25,706 bases of DNA from an uncultured Oligoflexus sp. (GTDB lineage: Bacteria; Bdellovibrionota_B; Oligoflexia; Oligoflexales; Oligoflexaceae), in the NCBI GenBank assembly GCA_964236955.1, contig CAXSGP010000063.1, positions 1 to 25,706 of the forward strand, written 5' to 3'. Every line of letters begins with the position of its first letter. Within the stretch, counting starts at the first letter, position 1. The position numbers were made by a program, and so were the translations under genes. The notes under the pieces were generated by a model. It had not been told where the DNA came from and made no database searches. It worked only from the letters and a program-made list of their open reading frames with translations. Below, piece after piece: positions 18,783 through 25,706 of this stretch.

Positions 18783-18828
18783 TAGACTCTTTACCTCTGC
18801 GTGAGAGTAAAGAGTCTAAATTTTTTTT
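18783..18828 (+). terminator. Intrinsic terminator after the GlsB/YeaQ gene
   Basis: 12-bp stem TAGACTCTTTAC/GTAAAGAGTCTA followed by AA and 8 T. Confidence 0.85.
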
Positions 18829-19239
18829 ATCCATCCCGCTAATCTTCCTCAGAACAAAACTTCATTCTCTTCATCATAATTATTCGTCATTTTATACCTA
18901 GGATTTTTCAGCATAATTTTAAATTAAAGTATCTTTATAATCTCTGGCTTGAGCGCTGCATGGATTCGGCTTCAGGTTTTTAAACCTACAGTTGTACATC
19001 CATTCATGCCCTGAACTTTCAACAGAGACTATTAGTGAAAGGTATAAATGACGCTCTAATAGGATCGGTCAGGTCGCCGCGATTGAATATCCGCTCAATT
19101 GCCTATTAAATCTCAAATTTTAAAGGCTATGAAAGGGCAAAAGAGGCCAAGCGCAATGGCCTGACGCCGCCAAAGTTTAATTCCCATTTGGTCTTGTCTT
19201 TGCATACTAACCTTTGACAAGAGTCCGACGGAGGGCGTT

Positions 19240-19512
19240 ATGATAAAGGTCTCGAACCCGTTAACAGGTTCATCATTGCTAAAATTTAATCCCCAGCAAA
19301 TAGAAGGCAAAGCTTTGCGCGCTTCACCTTCTGCAGCCCATAAAGTACTTGAGTCCGATACTGACGAAAGTGGTCGGCTGCCCAGGTCCAATCGCCTGAT
19401 AAGAAACGAAGTGCTCTACCTTTCTGAACCCGACGAGATACGAAAATGTATCGAAAAAATGCTACCATCACAGACTTTTTGCTTGATCTTATCGAATAAG
19501 GCTGCATATTAA
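19240..19512 (+). CDS. Hypothetical 90-aa protein
   Basis: SD GGAGG at 19230-19234, ATG start, and a downstream hairpin plus T-tract at about 19649-19683. No recognisable family. Confidence 0.5.
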   Translation: MIKVSNPLTGSSLLKFNPQQIEGKALRASPSAAHKVLESDTDESGRLPRSNRLIRNEVLYLSEPDEIRKCIEKMLPSQTFCLILSNKAAY

Positions 19513-19944
19513 GCACTATGTAAAATGGCTAGAGTGAATGATGCGATCCAGGGACCCTTAAGAGCCTTATGGCCCAATTGCGTTTGGGGAGGATGAGCTT
19601 AACTCTTTATAAAGTTCCCTGGCGTAAAGTAATTTGAGCCTGCTCTCGGCGTAGCCTTTCGAAGGACTTTGCGTTATTTTTTTCCGGACGACTGAGAAAA
19701 TTCTTTAACTTTTTTTTCGCCGGGGAGATTACCTCAGGTATTTTTTCCAAGACCATGAAAAGCTAGACAATATAGACTTTAAGCGGCATCAATTTCCACT
19801 CACTCGATGAGTTTGCTATTTTATTAAGCCTCGTGGAAATAACTCCGAGATAAGGATATGTCCTGAGCTTGTCTGAGATCAAAGTAGACTGGAAAGGCAA
19901 GTCATCGATTCATTCCTTTATGAAGACCTACGCCGTGTTTAATG

Positions 19945-19979
19945 AAGAGCAGCTGCCGCAAGGAAGCTGCCCTTTTGTT
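19945..19979. terminator. Terminator-like hairpin, possibly bidirectional
   Basis: GCAGCT.CC-GCAA-GG.AGCTGC followed by CCTTTTGTT on +; lies about 25 nt past the DOPA dioxygenase stop on the minus strand. Confidence 0.65.
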
Positions 19980-19997
19980 ATGGAACACAAAAAAATC

Positions 19998-20348
19998 TCA
20001 AACCAAAGAGCCTAAATCCAAAGCCTGGGGCTGTCCAAGCCAGAGAGCATGGTGGGTATGATCGAGCAGTTCATTATCCGTCACCGGATGAAAAAGTATG
20101 GAATGTCGGCCGTGATTCACAATTAAAAATTCGAGGACTGCCAAAAATTGATCCTTGGGTATATCGAGCCCAAACATATTCTGAACGTGTGGCCCGCGTG
20201 GACCATTGGCGATGGAATGGCGATGCAATTTATTGCCAAAGAGCTCCCCTATTGAGTCATAGAGTTTTTGCGCAGTGGCTTTCGTGCTCTCCTGAAAATA
20301 GATGTGAGCATGAAATTCCCTGATGTTTTTGCTTACTGAATCCACCAT
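19998..20348 (-). CDS. DOPA 4,5-dioxygenase family protein
   Basis: FHAHIYF, GPH, SILFHPVT..EL.DH..HALWLG..Q.L; ATG 20348 follows AAGGA. Confidence 0.9.
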   Translation of the reverse strand: MVDSVSKNIREFHAHIYFQESTKATAQKLYDSIGELFGNKLHRHSIANGPRGPHVQNMFGLDIPKDQFLAVLEFLIVNHGRHSILFHPVTDNELLDHTHHALWLGQPQALDLGSLV

Positions 20349-20738
20349 TTCTTTTCCTTTGACCAAACAATTCCGCCCTTGCGAAGGCAAACGATCCTTC
20401 GCATCCGGTTGTATCAAAAACCAAGCCCGGATGGCCTGAAAAGAAGAATTGGTTCCGTAAAGGGTTGGATTCCCTTTGCTCCCGCAGCAAAGGGTGACGG
20501 TTGGGGGGCAGGCTTGCCACTCGGGGAGTGACCTAGGAGGGAATGCTTAAAAAAATCAAAGCATTATAGTTTGGGGTAGGCCTTCTGCGGCGTTAAAGAA
20601 ATTATACCATATATTTGTATGGATACCAGGAAAAAGAGCGGTCTTTTTGATATGTTAATTTGGCTTAACATTGGCCTTTTTCCCTCAAGTTTGGCACAAT
20701 TTAAGGATACGATTGTCTCAGACCTCAGAGGAGCGGCC

Positions 20739-22211
20739 ATGCGCATGCGATGCCTAAGCTTGAAGTTGTTGATCGTGAGTGAGCTACTCTTTCTCTCCTC
20801 GTGTAAAACGCGTTCCAATTCGGGTGAGCTGCGCGAGATCTGGTTTAATCTTCTCGACTCCAAATGGAAAGCATCCCAGGAGGTCAGCGATAAAAACGAA
20901 TATATACGTGCCTTCAGCCTCTTACCTTTAAAAGGCGAGATCAAACCCCCGCCATGGTCAGGAGGGATCTACCCTTCTGAACTGTCAGGTCTCGCCTATC
21001 GCGCGCAGTCCAAGAAGAAAGCCTCACAGTATCGACCCGAATCGCCAATGGACATCAAGGATACGAGCAATCTTTCACCGATCGAAAAATATGATCTGCT
21101 CTTAGGCCATCAGCAGTGGGAACTCTCGACTGCGGAACGGCTCCGCACCGGAGCCGGCAAAGATAAAGCCATCGATCCGAAAAAAAGCCTCAATCAGGAC
21201 TGGGCCGCCGCATCCCTGTTATTTGCCGAGCCCGCACCCTTCAAAGTCATGGCAGATAGCGGGCAGCCGTTGGAATTTACGGCTAGCGACATCAAAGCCT
21301 TGCTCACGCGCTTCCTGAGCCAAAATTCGCTTGTGGATAATGGAGTCGAAACCCGATCGCTGGGCGGGGTGTGCCGCCTCGATAGCGATGGCCTAAGGCG
21401 GGGACTCGAGCCACGCACGCTGAGTGCGGATGCTTGGAAGGACATGAAGAATGACGAGTGTTATGCCGTCAACGCTGGGGCTTTTCACCTGGCTCTGACT
21501 AACTTGCTTGGACTTCGTCAGGAGTCCTTTGTTTTCGACCCGCGTGTTGATCTCGAATTCATCCATTATCCCTTGTTGGGTTTTAGGTCGGAAATCGTGG
21601 GAGCACCGGTGGTCATCGAACACAATCACAGATCGACTCAACTTAAAACTGTGGTGACCTACGTCCTGCCCTCCCCCCCCAGTCCCGAAAAAAGCGCTGT
21701 GCCACTGGTTCGAGCCGAGACCTATCGCTACACGATAGAGCTCGACGAAGAGGGTGATATCGTCGGCGGCACCTGGATCGGTTCGCTTGCCCCTCAATTG
21801 GCCTGGATTCAAAATCGCCCTCCTTTTACGGGCGATGATGCCAAGCTTGAAAGACTTTACACCAGCAGTGTGAGCCTACCCTCACGCATGGCGATGCGAA
21901 ACTTTGCAGCCATCGATTCTGAGGACCCTCAGACTCCCATACGCGAAGCGGACCCACTGGTCGTAAATAGAAAATATCGATTGGAATTGAGCGGCGACGT
22001 GCCGCGTGGTGCCGATGGGCTGAAGACTTTTCTTAAGTCCGCGTTGCGGCCCCTAGGCCTGGTGTCGATCTATCGAAACACTTTTGCCGATGAGGACAGC
22101 CTGGTGTCGATTGAAGTTCAATTCCACAACCCAACGACATTTCGTGCCTTAAAACAGGCGATACGAGCCCACAGCAACGGTCGCTCTGAAGTCGTCCAGG
22201 TTCTTCGATAA
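20739..22211 (+). CDS. Lipoprotein with transglutaminase-elicitor (GP42-like) domain, apparently non-catalytic, plus C-terminal extra domain
   Basis: SD AGAGGAG before ATG 20739; lipobox LSSC; PWSG.IYP, LSPIEKYD, WAAA.L..EP, F...DIKAL, N.G.FH, Y.Y.IELD..G.IVGG.W. Confidence 0.75.
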   Translation: MRMRCLSLKLLIVSELLFLSSCKTRSNSGELREIWFNLLDSKWKASQEVSDKNEYIRAFSLLPLKGEIKPPPWSGGIYPSELSGLAYRAQSKKKASQYRPESPMDIKDTSNLSPIEKYDLLLGHQQWELSTAERLRTGAGKDKAIDPKKSLNQDWAAASLLFAEPAPFKVMADSGQPLEFTASDIKALLTRFLSQNSLVDNGVETRSLGGVCRLDSDGLRRGLEPRTLSADAWKDMKNDECYAVNAGAFHLALTNLLGLRQESFVFDPRVDLEFIHYPLLGFRSEIVGAPVVIEHNHRSTQLKTVVTYVLPSPPSPEKSAVPLVRAETYRYTIELDEEGDIVGGTWIGSLAPQLAWIQNRPPFTGDDAKLERLYTSSVSLPSRMAMRNFAAIDSEDPQTPIREADPLVVNRKYRLELSGDVPRGADGLKTFLKSALRPLGLVSIYRNTFADEDSLVSIEVQFHNPTTFRALKQAIRAHSNGRSEVVQVLR

Positions 22212-22351
22212 TAGAGTTGACCTTCAATCGAGCCTTGGTATTTCCAAGCCAGGCCATAGGCTGTCGAAAGGCTTGGGCCCGCACTTCACCTTGGTGGCGC
22301 GGCTTAAAATTTCCCTCGCCATTTTTACAAACACGCGTTATACGTTGCCTC

Positions 22352-23647
22352 ATGAAGGCAAAATGCGCTTATTTTGGAAAATGTTCAGGTTGTACTCTTC
22401 AGCAATTTCCATATGTTAAACAAATTCATGACAAAACCCGTCGTGTTCGCAGCGAACTCGGTCCTCTATTGCCTAAAACAGCTAGCATCGAAATCATTGC
22501 ACCTGCGGTGCCGAGCCCCTCCGAACATGCTTACCGCACTTCAGGAAAGCTCTGTCTCCACGAAGACGAACTCGGCCGTCGAGCGATCGGTCTCTACGAG
22601 CGAAATAGCAAAAAAGTCATAGATATCCCTCAGTGCACTGTTCATCATCCCGAAATCAATAAACTGCTCGACAGGCTGTTTGGCTTTGGCAAAAAGCTCC
22701 CCGCAAAACTCTACCAGCATAACAGGAAGGGTTTTCAGGAAGACCGTCTCAAATTCCTAGTCGTCCGCTACTGTCCGGAAACTCGCGAATTTGGGCTAAT
22801 CATTTCCCATACGGGCGTCGATCGTGAGTCCCTGAAAACTTGGGCGGGACAGCTCAAGCTCGGCCAAACCAGTATCTACGAGGCCGAACTTACGGCGGCC
22901 GACGAGGATCGGGTGATGGGCCGCAATGTTAGCCATATCGCCGGACCTGAGACCTTTCGCTTCCGCATCGGCACCCATGATTATAAGATCGATCCGGTCG
23001 CTTTTTTTCAAGCCAACTCAAGCCTCGTCGCTGAATTCGTTGCGACCATCGCGGCTCCGCATGAAGGGGACCTTCTGCTCGATTTATACGGAGGTTTCGG
23101 CACCTATAGCTTTCAAGCGGGCCCCCGTTTTCAAAAGGTTTATCTCGTCGAAGCCAACCCTCATTCGATTTGGTCCGCTGAGGAATTGGCGAAACGCGAA
23201 GCAATTAAGAATATCGAAACCTCTGCCAGCTCGGTCGAGGATTTTTTAAAGAGCCTGTTAAAGACTGCCGAGGCTCAGAGGGTTACCGATATCATCGTCA
23301 ATCCCCCGCGCTCGGGTCTATCAAGGCAGGTGATCGAATCCCTGCTCGCCCCCAACCTTTCGGCCTTAAAACGTCTGACCTATGTTTCCTGTGATCTGAT
23401 GACACTCAAGCGGGATCTGCGCGAACTGCTGCGTCCCGGACTCTTTAGCATCGAAAATGCAGTTCCTTTTGATATGTTTCCCCAGACCGAGCATATCGAG
23501 ACCGTGGTGCGATTGATCAAAACACCAAAATCGGGGTCTGCACGCGCTTTGGCCCCGCGTCCTGCGGCCGCCCTCTCCAAAGACAATCAAAAACCCCTCA
23601 TCCGCTCTTCGGCAAAGGCTCCAAAACCTTTTCATCAGGCGAAATAA
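22352..23647 (+). CDS. TrmA-family RNA (uracil-5)-methyltransferase, RlmC/RlmD-like, no TRAM domain
   Basis: C-x5-C-x2-C plus distal Cys (Fe-S), FFQAN, LLDLYGG.G, VNPPR.G, YVSC, DMFPQT.H.E. Confidence 0.9.
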   Translation: MKAKCAYFGKCSGCTLQQFPYVKQIHDKTRRVRSELGPLLPKTASIEIIAPAVPSPSEHAYRTSGKLCLHEDELGRRAIGLYERNSKKVIDIPQCTVHHPEINKLLDRLFGFGKKLPAKLYQHNRKGFQEDRLKFLVVRYCPETREFGLIISHTGVDRESLKTWAGQLKLGQTSIYEAELTAADEDRVMGRNVSHIAGPETFRFRIGTHDYKIDPVAFFQANSSLVAEFVATIAAPHEGDLLLDLYGGFGTYSFQAGPRFQKVYLVEANPHSIWSAEELAKREAIKNIETSASSVEDFLKSLLKTAEAQRVTDIIVNPPRSGLSRQVIESLLAPNLSALKRLTYVSCDLMTLKRDLRELLRPGLFSIENAVPFDMFPQTEHIETVVRLIKTPKSGSARALAPRPAAALSKDNQKPLIRSSAKAPKPFHQAK

Positions 23648-23942
23648 AGCGTTTATCGCCCCGAATGCCAAGCACACCTGTAAGAACCGGGGAATCATCA
23701 GGTCCAAAACCTTTGACACCGAGCAACCAGTCGCAGCGAAATTGGCGGCAGACCAAAGGCCTGACCTCATAGATCATGCACCCGCTATCACCCAAATACC
23801 CACAGGCCTGATTAGCCGGTTTGGCCAGATCTTCACTGGTATCAATGCGCGTGGAGTAGCCTGGTTTGGATTCAATTTCTAAATAGACGCAGCAATAATT
23901 GCAGGTGGCGCAGCTGCGTTTCGTCGAGCCTTGAGGCGGCAC
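23598..23942 (-). CDS. YkgJ-family (CxxCxxCC) cysteine-cluster protein
   Basis: CATCNYCC, C.YL...GC.IY..RP.VCR.F.C.WL; SD AAGGA before GTG. Confidence 0.85.
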   Translation of the reverse strand: MPPQGSTKRSCATCNYCCVYLEIESKPGYSTRIDTSEDLAKPANQACGYLGDSGCMIYEVRPLVCRQFRCDWLLGVKGFGPDDSPVLTGVLGIRGDKRFISPDEKVLEPLPKSG

Positions 23943-24110
23943 TCGCTATCCTTTTTTCGGCTGTGTAAGTCAATTTTAGCAGAACTGGAAAGGGCTAGGC
24001 TAGGGGGCCGGGCCACCCGTGAACATTCAAGAGGAGCGACTGACAATTTATCTTAGGGGCCCTTGCATTTGCCGAAGGGGAGCGGTAAGACAGCGCCACA
24101 GGAGGACTTT

Positions 24111-25094
24111 ATGTTTAAATCAATCGATCGCGCCGCAGTGGACCGTTACTGGACCAGCGAACGAAAAAAGCAGCTGACAGGCACTAAGAAGCTGCTCCTC
24201 CTACCCTGGCAAGCGCCCGAAGTCCTGCTTACCATGGATCTGATGAATCCCGAGGGGAGCCTTACCCGCAGCCAGACCAAAAAATTACTTCAGGTTAACC
24301 ATATGCTTGGGCTCTTGCGCCCAACTCTCGCGCGGCTTGCCCGTCAGCACAGCCTGTTGCGTATTGCCGAGGGTGCTGCGGGGAACTCGTATGTCAGCTT
24401 AATTTTAGCCTGGTACTTCACAGCAGTCGATCCGCATCCGCTCATGATCATTGCCACGGATTCGAATCCTAAAGTCGTAGCGCAATCGGCGGCAAGGGCT
24501 CGGCATCTTGGACTCAATCATGTCCTACGCTTTGCATGTCAGGGCTTGGAAAGCTTCAATTGGCTCGAGCTATTTCAAGACCTGTTTCCCGAGCACCTTG
24601 GTGAAGCCAAAGGGGAAAGTCCGCACGAACGTAGCAAACGCCTCCGCCCCCACTTCTTTGTCACACTGCACGCCTGCGACAGTCTCAGCTGCAAGGCCAT
24701 CTTTCATGCGATGGATCTGATGGCAGACTGTCTTGCCATCGCCCCCTGCTGTCAGGCGGAACTGGCTGCCCAATGGAAAAAGCTGCCCGAATCCCGGAGT
24801 GCGATGCGAGCCATCTTTTCGAGTCCTCAATTGCGGCGAGCCACGGCTGCTGACTTCACCGATACGATAAGGCTCTTGCTTTTGCGCTCGCTTGGCTATG
24901 ATTGCGAAGCCATAGAATTTGTACCCTCTGAACATACGCCAAAGAATCGAATGCTTTTGGCTCAAAGGTGCCGTCAGTACGACTTAAAGAGTTTAAAAGA
25001 GTATCAGGATTTTAAATCGATCTGTGGTGGGGGTTCTATCGAACTCGAAAGACTTCTTGACCTACAAATTCAGACTTATACACAGCAAGTCTAG
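24111..25094 (+). CDS. SAM-dependent methyltransferase (Methyltransf_32-like), substrate unknown
   Basis: K..Q.NH, EGAAGNSY, LHACD, APCCQ.EL, R...L...GY, EFV..EHTPKN; SD GGAGG before ATG 24111. Confidence 0.85.
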   Translation: MFKSIDRAAVDRYWTSERKKQLTGTKKLLLLPWQAPEVLLTMDLMNPEGSLTRSQTKKLLQVNHMLGLLRPTLARLARQHSLLRIAEGAAGNSYVSLILAWYFTAVDPHPLMIIATDSNPKVVAQSAARARHLGLNHVLRFACQGLESFNWLELFQDLFPEHLGEAKGESPHERSKRLRPHFFVTLHACDSLSCKAIFHAMDLMADCLAIAPCCQAELAAQWKKLPESRSAMRAIFSSPQLRRATAADFTDTIRLLLLRSLGYDCEAIEFVPSEHTPKNRMLLAQRCRQYDLKSLKEYQDFKSICGGGSIELERLLDLQIQTYTQQV

Positions 25095-25143
25095 ATATAT
25101 TCGAACTTAGCTCATGAGCCATGACCGCTATCTTGGCCTCGGT

Positions 25144-25320
25144 TCAGTCGCGTTTATTCTGATTGATTGAAATCACCGGTGCGTCATCAACCTGCGGAAT
25201 TCCTGCAGAAAGTTGATTTAAGGACTCACCATCCCAAACAAAAAATTCGTCGCCGTTCTCTTCAAATAATTCTTCACTAGCTCTCAAAAAAGAGTCTTTG
25301 AGGTCTATCAATTTGCCCAT
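25144..25320 (-). CDS. Hypothetical acidic 58-aa protein
   Basis: GAGAGG upstream of ATG 25320 (MGKLIDLK...); protein-like composition. Confidence 0.55.
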   Translation of the reverse strand: MGKLIDLKDSFLRASEELFEENGDEFFVWDGESLNQLSAGIPQVDDAPVISINQNKRD

Positions 25321-25706
25321 AAAGAAAGCCTCTCGCCTCATGTGTAATTTCGAGAGTTCGACAGCGGCCTCAGATTTTCTATGAGTCAGTTATCGCCCAA
25401 AAAGCCCCGCTTCTGCAAGAGTCATGCTCGTTGAAAAAACTTCGCTGTATTTACAACACCCTAGAAATAAAGGGTTTTATTAAGATTGGAATTTAAATGC
25501 GATTTTTTCGTACATAAATTCATGGCTTAGGCTTCTGTTTCGCGTTGGCTTTGAAACCCTGTAAGGCAGGAGCAGCAGCTCGCACGTTCGCTGGTTTGGG
25601 CAGCCTTTATTTGCCGGAAGCTATAAAGATTTCGGTTTTCATCAGGGCAAACCCATGTTAGTCTCCCGGCTCATGAGTTAGTAGCCTCTTCAAGTCTCTG
25701 GGCAGG

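Noticed and set aside
1669..25094. Four methyltransferases plus helicase and ABC-F as an RNA-modification or defence island
   Set aside because: The genes are scattered, in mixed orientation, mostly with their own terminators, and there is no nuclease or mobility gene.
25640..25706. CAGGGCAAACC as a c-di-GMP-I riboswitch start, and a possible minus-strand gene end (PAQRLEEATNS*) at 25671-25706
   Set aside because: The GAAA loop and GACGCAAAG of the riboswitch are missing; 12 codons at the edge are too few to call a gene.

Overview
A 25.7 kb bacterial chromosomal window of roughly 50% GC (by eye), made mostly of single genes in mixed orientation. Gene style (Cys-rich lipoproteins, a transglutaminase-elicitor-like lipoprotein, a DUF3516 helicase) suggests an Oligoflexia/Bdellovibrionota-like organism; this is inference only. 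Contents, in order: the 5' end of a (KKATS)n histone-H1-like gene cut by the left edge, an EcsC-family protein, a CmoM-like tRNA methyltransferase, a lipoprotein plus OmpA pair, an alpha/beta hydrolase, a Ski2-like DUF3516 helicase, DUF72, a lipid A acyltransferase, a 43-aa Lys-rich protein, a glutathione peroxidase, an NTF2-like protein, a SpoU methyltransferase, a DUF4156-like lipoprotein, a YbiT-type ABC-F, Mpo1/DUF962, a second glutathione peroxidase, GlsB/YeaQ, a DOPA-dioxygenase-family protein, the transglutaminase-like lipoprotein, a TrmA-family m5U methyltransferase, a YkgJ-family protein, another SAM methyltransferase and several short orphans. I saw no tRNA, rRNA, CRISPR array, transposase or integrase, and no clear multi-gene novel system. 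The best leads are: (i) small basic, histone-like proteins missed or mis-started by the ORF track, one flanked by extensive RNA structure; (ii) a transglutaminase homolog that has lost its catalytic Cys-His; (iii) an ABC-F whose entire second ATPase site is degenerate; (iv) hairpin-dense intergenic regions on both sides of the DOPA dioxygenase gene. All family calls come from motif recognition, not database searches.
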